This document shows, piece by piece, positions 35,201 through 43,876 of a stretch of 64,000 nucleotides of DNA. Source of the stretch: Vicinamibacteria bacterium (GTDB lineage: Bacteria; Acidobacteriota; Vicinamibacteria; Fen-336; JAGNNV01); the NCBI GenBank assembly GCA_031362685.1, contig JANLSZ010000129.1, forward strand, positions 44,191 to 108,190. Direction: 5' to 3'. A program made the position numbers and the translations under genes. The notes beneath the pieces are model-generated. The model was not told the origin of the DNA, made no database searches, and worked only from the letters and a program-made list of their open reading frames with translations. Positions within the stretch are counted from its first letter, which is position 1. Each line of letters starts with the position of its first letter.

Positions 35201-35640
35201 AGATCGTGGTTGGATCCGATCACGCGGGTTTCCCCCTCAAGGAGGAGATGGCGGAGATGCTCCGCAAGGAGGGGCACGAGATCGTCGATGTGGGGACCCA
35301 CTCAACCGCCCCCGTCGACTATCCCGATTCCGCCGCCGCGGTCGGGCGGGCGGTGACCGAGGGCCGGGCCGAGCGAGGGGTGTTGATCTGCGGCAGCGGG
35401 GTCGGCGCGTCGGTGGCCGCCAACAAGATCAAAGGCGTGCGCGCGGCGATTTGTCACGACGTGTACTCCGCCCATCAGGGGGTGGAGCATGACGACATGA
35501 ACGTGCTTGTCCTGGGCGGCCGCATCATCGGTCCGGCCCTCGCGGGCGAACTGGTGCGCGCGTATGTGGGCGCTCGTTACACCGCGGAAGAGCGACACGC
35601 CAAGAGGCTCGCCAAAGTCCTCGCTCTCGACAACCGATAG
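35197..35640 (+). CDS. rpiB: Ribose-5-phosphate isomerase B
   Basis: MKIVVGSDHAGFPLKE and ICGSGVGASVAANK. ATGA overlap with the tkt stop at 35197-35200. The track ORF start at 35044 lies inside tkt. Confidence 0.9.
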   Translation: MKIVVGSDHAGFPLKEEMAEMLRKEGHEIVDVGTHSTAPVDYPDSAAAVGRAVTEGRAERGVLICGSGVGASVAANKIKGVRAAICHDVYSAHQGVEHDDMNVLVLGGRIIGPALAGELVRAYVGARYTAEERHAKRLAKVLALDNR

Positions 35641-35741
35641 TCGAGGTCGCGACCCCAAGGGGTCAGGTGAGCGCGCTCACCCTGCGCGGGTTGGATAGCC
35701 GCTACAGTGTCCCTTGTCGATTTCCGACGGAGGTACAAGAC

Positions 35742-36203
35742 ATGCGACGCGCTCTTTCGCTCCTGCTTCTCCTGGCCGGCTCGCCCCTGCTCGGGGCGAG
35801 CGACAACTCGGCCGCCCAGAACAAGGCCCGCCTGGAGATTCAAGGAGTTCTTGGTCGTATGACCGCCGCGGAAAAGACGGGCGACGCCCCCGCCGTCGCG
35901 CTGTGCTACGAGGGCGACGGAATGCTCCTCCCCTCCTCGGGAGAGCCGGTGCGAGGTCGGGAAGACATCGCCAAGCGCTACCATGCGATCTTCGCGGGAA
36001 CCACGCCACGGCTTCCCCTGGAGATCGAGGAGTTGTGGATACTCGACGATCTGGCGGTGAGTCGAGGGGCCACCCGGGGACCCGCGCCGCGGCGCGGGGG
36101 AAAAGGACCGGTCAATAACCGCGACGTGATGACCCTGAAGCGCCACGGCGACTCCTGGGAAATCCACAGCCTGGTCTGGAACTCGCCCGCCGCCTCCAAG
36201 TAG
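35742..36203 (+). CDS. Secreted SnoaL-like / DUF4440-like (NTF2 fold) protein
   Basis: ATG at 35742 preceded by GGAGGT. Signal peptide LSLLLLLAGSPLLGA. The short alpha+beta cone-like sequence (ARLEIQGVLGRMTAAEKTGDAPAVALCYEGDGMLL...) ends WEIHSLVWN. Confidence 0.6.
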   Translation: MRRALSLLLLLAGSPLLGASDNSAAQNKARLEIQGVLGRMTAAEKTGDAPAVALCYEGDGMLLPSSGEPVRGREDIAKRYHAIFAGTTPRLPLEIEELWILDDLAVSRGATRGPAPRRGGKGPVNNRDVMTLKRHGDSWEIHSLVWNSPAASK

Positions 36204-36225
36204 TCGGCCTCGAGTTGAGCTGCTC

Positions 36226-37971
36226 CTAACGGACTTCGAGCCCGTAGGGAAGACGCGCCCAGATAGTCTTGGACTGCTTGACCATCCGATCGCGAAAACG
36301 GACGGCCAGGGCCTCGGGCGAGAGGTTCGCGCGAGCGGTCATTCCGTCCCAGCCATCGGCCTCATCGAAGAGTCGTTCGAACGGGCTCTTCGCGGCCGGA
36401 AAGATCACCACCGCGACATCCTCAGTGGCCGCGATCTTCGCCTTGTCCTTGGCCATGGAGAGGGCCTTGTCGAAACCGCCCAGTTCATCCACCAGCCCTG
36501 CCTTCTTCGCTTCGATCCCCGTCCACACCCGACCCTGTGCGATCTCATGCACGGCGTCCACGTTCATGTGGCGATTCTCGGCGACCAGGCTCAGGAACCG
36601 ATCGTAGAAGCGCGAGGCCAGGCCCTCTACCTTCGCCTGATCCTCGAGGTTCCACCGACGTGAGGGGCTCGCGAACGATCCACCCCGCCCGAAATCCACG
36701 TAGTCGTTGCTGATGCCAAGCTTCTCGAACAGCCCTTTCAGGACGAACTTTCCGAAGAAGACGCCGATCGATCCGGTGATGGTGGTGGGATCGGCGACGA
36801 TGGCGGTCGCGGGCGCCGACACGTAATACCCACCCGACGCCGCGTAGTCGCCCATGCTCACGATGACCGGCTTCTTGGCCACCGTGTTCGCCACTTCCCG
36901 CGCGATCACATCGGACGCCGAACCGGAACCGCCGGGAGAGTTGACCCGAAGGACGACGGCCTTGATCGATTCATCTTCGGCCGCGTCCCTCAGCGCTTTC
37001 GCGATGGTGTCGGAGCCGGCCACCGTGCTCGAGCCCAGACCTCCGTCCTCGCTTTCCCCGGAAAGAATCTCGCCGTCGATGAAGATCAGCGCTACCTTCT
37101 GCCGGGTGTCGAAGGCCCCGCCCTTGTCACGGAAGTCTCCGAGATAGCGATGGGTCTCCCCGGCCTCGTCCAGGGCTTCTTCGGGATAGTCCAGCTTGTC
37201 CACCAGCCCCGCTTCCAAAGCCGAAGCACCGTCGTACGGGCCCGCCGAAATCATCGCTTCGATTTCGGCCTCGGTCTTCTTCCGCGATTTGGCCACCGCG
37301 GTGATGTACTCGCGATAGAGCCCGCCCACCAGAGACTGCATCTGCTCGCGATGGGCGGCGGTGAACTTCTTCTCAGTGTACTGGTTGGGCGCATTCTTGT
37401 ATTTACCCATGGCCACGAACTGCGCCTCGACTCCAAGCTTGTCGAAGGCGCCTTTGAGGAACATCACCTCGGCGGAGAAGCCGTGAACCTCCAGAATGGC
37501 CTCGGGAAGCGCCACAATCTCGTCCGCGCAGGACGCGATGTAGTACTCCATGTTCCCGCTGTCTTCGAGGAACGCGGTGAGTTTCTTGCCTTTCGCGCGC
37601 AGGCGCAGCAGCGCAGCGCGAAGCTCGCCGGCCCGGGCCCAGCCGAGATCGGTCTCGCCGATCCGGACAAATACCGTCTTCAGGTTGGGTTCGTTGGCGG
37701 CCCGGTCGATGGCGCGGATGATGCCCGGAAACGAGGGAGCCGAGCCTCCGGAAAACGCCAGTTTGAACGTGGGCGAGGGATTCTCATCGAAGGAGCCGTC
37801 GAGGGAAATCGACAGGACGTGCGCGCCCGCGTCTGATTTTCGGGCCGACGAAGACAGGCCCTGGTGCTGGACGAAGTAGGCGAGGCCGCCCACCACGGCG
37901 GCGGTGAACGCGGCCACCAGCACCAGGCCGACCCCAATCCAAAAATATCGTCTTCCGCGCGACATGGCCAT
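36226..37971 (-). CDS. sppA: Signal peptide peptidase SppA, 67K type (tandem S49 domains)
   Basis: 581 aa with an N-terminal TM (YFWIGVGLVLVAAFTAAVVGGLAYF). S49 motifs VLRVNSPGGSGSAS and VSMGDYAASGGYYVS. Confidence 0.85.
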   Translation of the reverse strand: MAMSRGRRYFWIGVGLVLVAAFTAAVVGGLAYFVQHQGLSSSARKSDAGAHVLSISLDGSFDENPSPTFKLAFSGGSAPSFPGIIRAIDRAANEPNLKTVFVRIGETDLGWARAGELRAALLRLRAKGKKLTAFLEDSGNMEYYIASCADEIVALPEAILEVHGFSAEVMFLKGAFDKLGVEAQFVAMGKYKNAPNQYTEKKFTAAHREQMQSLVGGLYREYITAVAKSRKKTEAEIEAMISAGPYDGASALEAGLVDKLDYPEEALDEAGETHRYLGDFRDKGGAFDTRQKVALIFIDGEILSGESEDGGLGSSTVAGSDTIAKALRDAAEDESIKAVVLRVNSPGGSGSASDVIAREVANTVAKKPVIVSMGDYAASGGYYVSAPATAIVADPTTITGSIGVFFGKFVLKGLFEKLGISNDYVDFGRGGSFASPSRRWNLEDQAKVEGLASRFYDRFLSLVAENRHMNVDAVHEIAQGRVWTGIEAKKAGLVDELGGFDKALSMAKDKAKIAATEDVAVVIFPAAKSPFERLFDEADGWDGMTARANLSPEALAVRFRDRMVKQSKTIWARLPYGLEVR

Positions 37972-38037
37972 GAATTAGTCCGTTCCCGTCTTGTCTGTTT
38001 GATTCATCTATCGAGCGCTGAGTCGGCGGCGGGCGAA

Positions 38038-38763
38038 CTAGAGACTCGCCAGTGCGTCCATCTTCACTCGCGCGTCCGGCGCGTAGGGGCTCTGCGGGTG
38101 GCGATTCACGAGATCCGAATAGGCCCGCCGGGCCGCCAACTTGTCGCCGGCGGCGGCGAGCGCCTCGGCCAGGCCGAAGATCAGGCGATCTTTCGGGAGA
38201 CCTGAGGCTTCATCCGCAATCAGGGCCTGGTACGATTTCGCCGAATCCATGGCTCGACCGGATTGGAGAGCAATCTCGGCGAGGCGAAGCCGGGCCATGG
38301 CGGGCTCGAGGGCGCCCGGATCCCGCAACGCAGCGATGGGAGTGAGCGCGTCCTCCGCTTGTTTTACCTGCCCGAGTTCGGCCAGACAAAGGGCCGAGTA
38401 GAAGCGGGCGCGCCGACCGGCCGGCATCGATCCGTAGCTCTGAGCCACCTCATCAAACATGGTCTTGGCCTTCTGAAACTTGTCGTTGGCGGTCAGGAAT
38501 ACTTCCGAGCCGCCGGGCGTCTGGGGAGTCGCGGTTCCAACCTCGGCGTGAAAGACCTCAGTGGCTCGGGCGAAGCTGGATTCCGCCATGGAGGCGCGGA
38601 ATTTCTGTCCGTAGTAGAGACCGGTAAGAACCAGAAAGAGGGCGATCACGGCCAGAGCCGGCTTCACTACCTCGGACTGGGAGAGAAAAGCGCGGGCGGC
38701 CTGAAGGGCGTCGCCCACTTCATCGCGCCGGAGTTCGTTCTTGAGTTCCTTGTCCAAAACCAA
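38038..38763 (-). CDS. Membrane-anchored tetratricopeptide-repeat protein (YfgM-like architecture)
   Basis: 241 aa with a single TM (PALAVIALFLVLTGLYYG), followed by TPR-like helical repeats. Confidence 0.7.
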   Translation of the reverse strand: MVLDKELKNELRRDEVGDALQAARAFLSQSEVVKPALAVIALFLVLTGLYYGQKFRASMAESSFARATEVFHAEVGTATPQTPGGSEVFLTANDKFQKAKTMFDEVAQSYGSMPAGRRARFYSALCLAELGQVKQAEDALTPIAALRDPGALEPAMARLRLAEIALQSGRAMDSAKSYQALIADEASGLPKDRLIFGLAEALAAAGDKLAARRAYSDLVNRHPQSPYAPDARVKMDALASL

Positions 38764-38786
38764 TCACCTGATGAGTTCGAAGAATA

Positions 38787-38863
38787 TGGTGTGCCCGGAG
38801 GGACTTGAACCCCCAACCTTGAGCTTAGGATGCTCCTGCTCTATCCAGTTGAGCTACGGGCGC
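38787..38863 (-). tRNA. tRNA-Arg (anticodon CCT)
   Basis: Manual cloverleaf on the minus strand: acceptor GCGCCCG/CGGGCAC, D arm GCTC-AACTGGATA-GAGC, anticodon arm GGAGC-AT CCT AA-GCTCA, T arm GGGGG-TTCAAGT-CCCTC, discriminator A, encoded CCA. 77 nt with one C2-A71 mismatch. Confidence 0.85.
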
Positions 38864-38926
38864 GCGAGAGTGCGACGTTGGAGTTTACCCGCGGAGTGCG
38901 TCCCGACCAGCGTCGGCCGGCATCAT

Positions 38927-39445
38927 TTAGTAGTGGAGCAGGCTGGCCACGGAGTGCGGGGCAAGCCGCGACCGGCCTTTGAGGAAATCGAGCTCGATAA
39001 GGAATGCGAAACCCGCCACCGCTCCCTCCGACCGGCTGACCAGTCGACCCGCCGCCTCGGCGGTGCCGCCGGTCGCCAATACGTCGTCGACGATGAGGGC
39101 TTTTTCGCCCTTGATCAAAGCGTCTTCGTGCATCTCCAGGGTGTCTTCGCCGTACTCCAGCGCATAGGTCTCGCGGACGGTGGCGCGCGGGAGCTTTTTC
39201 GGCTTGCGGATGGGCACGAAACCGCACTGTCGCCGCTGCGCCAGGGCGGCCCCGAAGATGAAGCCACGGCTCTCGATCCCAATGATGCGGTTGAAGGTGA
39301 CCCCCCGGGTGAGGTGATCGAGCTGTTCAATGGCGGCCGCGAACGCGGGGCCATCCGCCAGCATGGGGGTGATGTCCCGAAAGAGAATCCCGGGTTTGGG
39401 AAAATCGGGGACGTCGTGGATGAAGTCTTTGAGGTTGAGCGTCAT
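38927..39445 (-). CDS. apt: Adenine phosphoribosyltransferase
   Basis: 172 aa with FPKPGILFRDITP and the PRPP-binding motif ALIVDDVLATGGTA. Confidence 0.9.
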   Translation of the reverse strand: MTLNLKDFIHDVPDFPKPGILFRDITPMLADGPAFAAAIEQLDHLTRGVTFNRIIGIESRGFIFGAALAQRRQCGFVPIRKPKKLPRATVRETYALEYGEDTLEMHEDALIKGEKALIVDDVLATGGTAEAAGRLVSRSEGAVAGFAFLIELDFLKGRSRLAPHSVASLLHY

Positions 39446-39511
39446 ATTGACGAGGATCTTACGGCCAGCCCGACCTTGACCCTTTCTCCAGACGACAACT
39501 AACCTGCAACG

Positions 39512-42040
39512 GTGCTGATCGAGCTCAGGAGAGTCCGTCCGGGTCTGGCGCTGGCTCTTGCCCTGGGCTTCGGCATCTCACCCCGAGCCTCGGCGCAAAC
39601 CGCCCCTCATATCGTGATGGTGGTGGCCGAGGGAACGGGTTTCCCGTTTGAGGATCCGCTGTTCACGAGATATCCAGCGCTGAAGCGGCTACGGATGAAC
39701 TCACGCCCATTTGATTCCACTTTCGCGAACGACGCGGCCTGGTCGAAGACGAGCGAGACTCTGCTCGGCGGGATGCGGGGTCGAAGCCTCGCCAATCTGG
39801 TCGGTGGGCTGAAGGCGCAACGTTACGTGTCGTCCTCCTTGACCCCATCCGGAAAAGCGGCCTTCGGTTTCGATCGCTCGCTGAACGCCGGTCCTTCGGA
39901 GGTCGCGGCACGTTCCCTCGAGGCGATTGACGCCGCCGGTGCTCACCCTGCGTTCGTTTTCGCCTCCCTCGACCTCCGGAATGTTCCGGCCGGCTCGGCC
40001 CCGCCCCCGGTCGAGGCTCCGCCCCTTCAGGTTCCCGCGATTGCGCTCTCCGACCGTGGCCCGCTCGACCCCGTGCGCTTTCCGGTGACTCCGCCGCCCC
40101 GCGAGGCCGCCGACCGCAGCGCGCTGGCCGCCCGGCGGGACGCCGCGTTTGGAATCCTCGACCGCGAGGTCGGCGCGATTCTGTCCGGACTCGCGAAGCG
40201 CGGTCTGTTGCCGAAAACCATCCTGGTCCTGGTCTCGACAGGTCCCGCACCCCGGCCCGAGCGCGCGGCGCCGTCGCGGGAGGATCTGCTTTTCGAAGAC
40301 TGGCTGCGCGGCCTCGTTCTGATTCAGACCCCCGGCCTCCTCCAGCCGGGAACCCCCGCATCCACCCTGGCCCTGATGGCGGATCTGGCGCCGACGCTGG
40401 CCTCGCTCTCGGGGGCGACGCTGGCGAAAACCGAGGGCCTGAACCTCGCTCCCGCCATAAAGGACCCGAAGCAATTGATCCGCACCACCCTTCTCTCGAG
40501 TGCTTCGCGTGAGGCGCCGAGGGTGGGCCGCAGCGTCCGGTCGCAGCGCTTTCGGTTTACCCAGTGGCCGGATGGAAGCGAGGAACTCTTCGACGAGGAC
40601 GCCGATCCCCACGAGTGGACCAACCTCGCGAGGGCCCCGGCGATGCAGGCGCAAAGAGCCGAAATGGCCAGGCGTCTGGTCGTCCCGCGCGCGCCCGCTC
40701 CGGCGATGCCGGCGCGTCCGGCCTCCGGACACAGACCGAACGTCCTCATGATCATCGGCGACGATCTCACCGCCCAGTATGCGCAGTTTGGCGAGGTCAA
40801 GACGCCCAACCTCGATCGCCTTCGCGCTCGCGGACGCGTCTACCTGAAGGCCTACGCCCCCGCCCCCTTCTGCACGCCCTCGCGCGCGGCTTTCCTTTCC
40901 GGAATGTCCCCCGCTCGGCTGGAACTTCAGCGGGAGAACGCGTTCGGCGAAATCTTCACACCCCAGATCGCCCTCGTTCAGGAGCAGTTCCGGGCCAACG
41001 GGTACTTCACCGCTTCGGTCGGAAAGGTGTGGGACAGCCAGCCCGGCGAGAAACGGGGCTGGGATGTAAACGAATGGCTGCCCCCGTTGCCCGCGGGCGC
41101 GATCGAAGTCCCCGCCCGCCTCATACCCAACATGCCGCTCGAAGGCGGACCCACCACCAACGCGGATGAGGTCGAAGGTGACGGTCGCCGCGCCCGATTC
41201 GCGGTGAAGGTACTGGAGGAGAAACGCGACCAGCCTCTCTTCCTGGCCCTGGGCCTGGTGAGGCCGCACGTGGCCTGGATCGCACCCCAGAAGTACTTCG
41301 ACTTGTACCCCGTCGACCAGATCAAGTTCACCAAGGCGCCCGCGGGTGACACCGCCGACATCCCGGCCATCGCGGTCAAGAACCGCCCCCAGGCCCTGCC
41401 CGGCCTGATGCTCGCGGGGCGCGAACCGGCGGGATCCTCCACGGACCCCGCGGAGGCTCGACGAGGCATCGCCGCCTATCTCGCGTGTGTGAGTTTCATG
41501 GACGCGCAACTCGGTCTCATCTTCGACGCGCTGGACCGCGAGGACCGGTGGAAGGACACCATCGTCGTCCTCTTCGGAGATAACGGTCACCACTTCGGGG
41601 ACCACGGGGGTCTGTGGAGGAAGAACACTCTGTTCGAGGAGTCCCTGCGAGTCCCCATGATCATCGCAAGCCCCGGAATGGCCCAGCCCGGGACTTCGAC
41701 TTCGTCTCTCGCCGACTTGATCGACGTCTATCCGACGCTGGTGGATCTAACGGGAATCTCCCGGCCCGGCACGCTCGACGGCATCTCGCTCGTGCCTACG
41801 TTGAATGACCCGAAGGCATCGGTGCAGGATGCGGTGATTCAGTACCGACCGACCGAGCCTTCGAAGACGGGCTACTCCCTTCGAACAACCCGGCATCGGT
41901 ACACCCTGTGGCCGGATGGATCGGAAGAGTTGTATGACCTCATCGTCGACCCGGCCGGCCGGAGAGACTTGTCCCTTCAGCCAGGACAGGCAGCGACCCT
42001 GGCCTCGCTGCGAAGACGGATCGAGGCGCTGGTCAAGTAG
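39512..42040 (+). CDS. Secreted tandem sulfatase-fold protein: degenerate N-terminal domain plus canonical C-terminal sulfatase domain
   Basis: 842 aa, GTG start, signal peptide ALALALGFGISPRASA. The C-domain has PNVLMIIGDD, the formylglycine motif FCTPSRAAFLSGM and the tail WPDGSEELYDLIVDP. The N-domain (about residues 31-390) has sulfatase-like strands and a similar tail (WPDGSEELFDEDADPHEWTNLA) but lacks the DD and C/S-x-P-x-R motifs. Confidence 0.8.
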   Translation: MLIELRRVRPGLALALALGFGISPRASAQTAPHIVMVVAEGTGFPFEDPLFTRYPALKRLRMNSRPFDSTFANDAAWSKTSETLLGGMRGRSLANLVGGLKAQRYVSSSLTPSGKAAFGFDRSLNAGPSEVAARSLEAIDAAGAHPAFVFASLDLRNVPAGSAPPPVEAPPLQVPAIALSDRGPLDPVRFPVTPPPREAADRSALAARRDAAFGILDREVGAILSGLAKRGLLPKTILVLVSTGPAPRPERAAPSREDLLFEDWLRGLVLIQTPGLLQPGTPASTLALMADLAPTLASLSGATLAKTEGLNLAPAIKDPKQLIRTTLLSSASREAPRVGRSVRSQRFRFTQWPDGSEELFDEDADPHEWTNLARAPAMQAQRAEMARRLVVPRAPAPAMPARPASGHRPNVLMIIGDDLTAQYAQFGEVKTPNLDRLRARGRVYLKAYAPAPFCTPSRAAFLSGMSPARLELQRENAFGEIFTPQIALVQEQFRANGYFTASVGKVWDSQPGEKRGWDVNEWLPPLPAGAIEVPARLIPNMPLEGGPTTNADEVEGDGRRARFAVKVLEEKRDQPLFLALGLVRPHVAWIAPQKYFDLYPVDQIKFTKAPAGDTADIPAIAVKNRPQALPGLMLAGREPAGSSTDPAEARRGIAAYLACVSFMDAQLGLIFDALDREDRWKDTIVVLFGDNGHHFGDHGGLWRKNTLFEESLRVPMIIASPGMAQPGTSTSSLADLIDVYPTLVDLTGISRPGTLDGISLVPTLNDPKASVQDAVIQYRPTEPSKTGYSLRTTRHRYTLWPDGSEELYDLIVDPAGRRDLSLQPGQAATLASLRRRIEALVK

Positions 42041-42059
42041 GAGAGCCACCGGGGCCGCC

Positions 42060-42335
42060 CTACCGAATATCGAAGCCCTGAAACCCCCGCGCCTTGATCG
42101 TGGTCACCACCGCTTCATCCACCCGGCCGAACGACGGGCCGCGGCGCAGGTCTGCTTCAAAGGTCCTCATGGCCTCCGCCGCACCTTCCGCATGCAGCTC
42201 GACCGACCCATCGGGCAGGTTTCGAACGAAGCCCGAGACGCCGTGTGCCTCCGCCCGTTGTCGCGCAAAGTAGCGAAAGCCCACGCCTTGCACGCGCCCG
42301 CGCACCACCGCGTGAAACGAAACAATCTCAGTCAT
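42060..42335 (-). CDS. acyP: Acylphosphatase
   Basis: 91 aa with the signature VRGRVQGVGFRYF and GFVRNLPDGSVE. Confidence 0.85.
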   Translation of the reverse strand: MTEIVSFHAVVRGRVQGVGFRYFARQRAEAHGVSGFVRNLPDGSVELHAEGAAEAMRTFEADLRRGPSFGRVDEAVVTTIKARGFQGFDIR

Positions 42336-42404
42336 CTGGAACGGTGAATTCTAAGAGCAACGCCTTTCGCTGATGTAGACTCCGCCTGCATTTCGAGGAT
42401 CGAT

Positions 42405-42482
42405 CGGGGCGTGGCTCAGCCTGGCTAGAGCGCCTGGTTCGGGACCAGGAGGTCGTAGGTTCGAAGCCTACCGCCCCGACCA
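42405..42482 (+). tRNA. tRNA-Pro (anticodon CGG)
   Basis: Manual cloverleaf: acceptor CGGGGCG/CGCCCCG, D arm GCTC-AGCCTGGCTA-GAGC, anticodon arm CCTGG-TT CGG GA-CCAGG, T arm GTAGG-TTCGAAG-CCTAC, discriminator A, encoded CCA. 78 nt. Confidence 0.9.
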
Positions 42483-42778
42483 TTCTCGAGCAGTATTGAC
42501 GCGGATCCTCGAGCACACCTCGTTTTGGCCTCGATGCTTCACTTCCTCCGGGGTTTCACCGGGGTTGCAGGTAGATCTGAGCACCGATTGTGGCTGTTGC
42601 TTGAGTTCCGCGCATCCCCAAGCAGAGGAGAGCTCAATCGCGTCCGCCAGTGCGCGGCAAGGCGGGGGGGGTGGCGAGACCTTGCTCCGCCGCGAGGCTG
42701 ACGCTATCGTGCGCACCGCAACCGGCCCGGACTGGAGTTCGCGGACGCTGGTCGTTGGTCAAGGGAAAGAGGACGCAC

Positions 42779-43348
42779 ATGCTTCAATCGCTCCCCCACC
42801 CGCTTCCCTGGTACCTCGCCGGGCCGCTCATCGGTCTGGTGGTGCCGGCGTTGCTTCTCATCGGCAACAAGTCCTTTGGGGTCTCCAGCAATTTCAGGCA
42901 TCTGTGCGCCGCTCTCGGCGCGGGTCGCATCGAGTTCTTCAGCCATGATTGGAAGACCCTGGGTTCGTGGAACCTGGCGTTTCTATCGGGAATCTTCGCC
43001 GGAGCCTTCACCGCGTCGCAACTGGCGCCACCGCTTGGCGTGACGCTTGCGCCCCACACCGTCATTGCCCTCGGTGAGCTGGGCCTGCATGATCTGAGTG
43101 GACTGGCCCCGCGTGAATTGTTCGCGTGGGCCTCGCTTTTCACCGTGAAGGGTTTCGTGTTGATGCTAGGCGGAGGGTTCCTGGTCGGGTTCGGCACGGC
43201 CTATGCCGGTGGCTGCACCTCGGGCCACGCCATTGCCGGTCTGGCCGATCTTCAGCTCCCCTCACTGATCGCGGTGTGCGGCTTCTTCGGGGGCGGTCTT
43301 TTAGCCACGCACCTGCTGTTGCCCCTGCTGTTGGGTCAAGCGCCATGA
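42779..43348 (+). CDS. YeeE/YedE family sulfur-compound transporter component
   Basis: ATG at 42779 after GGGAAAGAGGA; 189 aa and multi-pass. GNKSFGVSS and GGCTSGH segments are typical of YeeE/YedE half-proteins. The track ORF N-terminus (42650) is non-hydrophobic junk. Confidence 0.75.
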   Translation: MLQSLPHPLPWYLAGPLIGLVVPALLLIGNKSFGVSSNFRHLCAALGAGRIEFFSHDWKTLGSWNLAFLSGIFAGAFTASQLAPPLGVTLAPHTVIALGELGLHDLSGLAPRELFAWASLFTVKGFVLMLGGGFLVGFGTAYAGGCTSGHAIAGLADLQLPSLIAVCGFFGGGLLATHLLLPLLLGQAP

Positions 43349-43761
43349 AGCTCTTCCCCTACTTTCTTGTCGGTGGCGCGTTCGGTGCGGTGCTTTATGA
43401 GGCGGAAGCGGTGTCGTGGTTTCGTATCCAGGAAATGTTTCGATTCGATGCCTTCCATATGTACGGCATCATCGGATCGGCGATCTTCACCGCCTTGGTG
43501 TCGCTCCGGTTGATCAAGCGCCTGGGCATCAAGGATGCCGCCGGGAAACCGCTCGGGCTTGCCGCGAAGAAGCTCGGGAACGGGGTGCGCTACCTGGCGG
43601 GCGGACTGATTTTCGGGGTCGGCTGGGCGATGACCGGCGCCTGTCCGGGACCTCTGGTCGCACTGGTAGGAGCCGGGCTACCGGTCATGCTGGTCGTGAT
43701 TCTGAGCGCGCTTCTAGGCACGTGGACCTACGGAGTGCTTCGACCACGACTGACCCACTAG
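43345..43761 (+). CDS. YeeE/YedE family sulfur-compound transporter component (second half-protein)
   Basis: ATGA overlap with the previous gene (43345-43348); 138 aa. MKLFPYFLVGGAFGAVLY..., GVGWAMTGACPGP. Confidence 0.75.
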   Translation: MKLFPYFLVGGAFGAVLYEAEAVSWFRIQEMFRFDAFHMYGIIGSAIFTALVSLRLIKRLGIKDAAGKPLGLAAKKLGNGVRYLAGGLIFGVGWAMTGACPGPLVALVGAGLPVMLVVILSALLGTWTYGVLRPRLTH

Positions 43762-43876
43762 CCGGAGACAGACCCGTGAATTGCCCGGCCGAGGCTAACC
43801 ACTCCTGCCGCCTTTCCAGGCGCCACGCGAACAATCACAGACTCCCCTTCCAAATCAAGAAGAAACAGCAAGACCA

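Noticed and set aside
38741-39502. 253-aa plus-strand ORF
   Set aside because: It runs across the tRNA-Arg gene and is antisense to apt, which has an unambiguous PRPP-binding motif.
39701-41605. 634-aa minus-strand ORF inside the tandem sulfatase gene
   Set aside because: It is antisense to a gene with canonical sulfatase motifs, and its product is low-complexity Arg/Gly-rich sequence.
38787-42482. Genomic island integrated at tRNA-Arg or tRNA-Pro
   Set aside because: No integrase, transposase or duplicated tRNA 3' end was found by eye, there is no visible compositional change, and the intervening genes (apt, acyP) are housekeeping.
42483-42778. A riboswitch in the ~300-nt leader between tRNA-Pro and the YeeE/YedE genes
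   Set aside because: I could not recognise any known riboswitch consensus (SAM-type or otherwise) by eye, only generic GC-rich hairpins. It would need a covariance-model scan before any claim.
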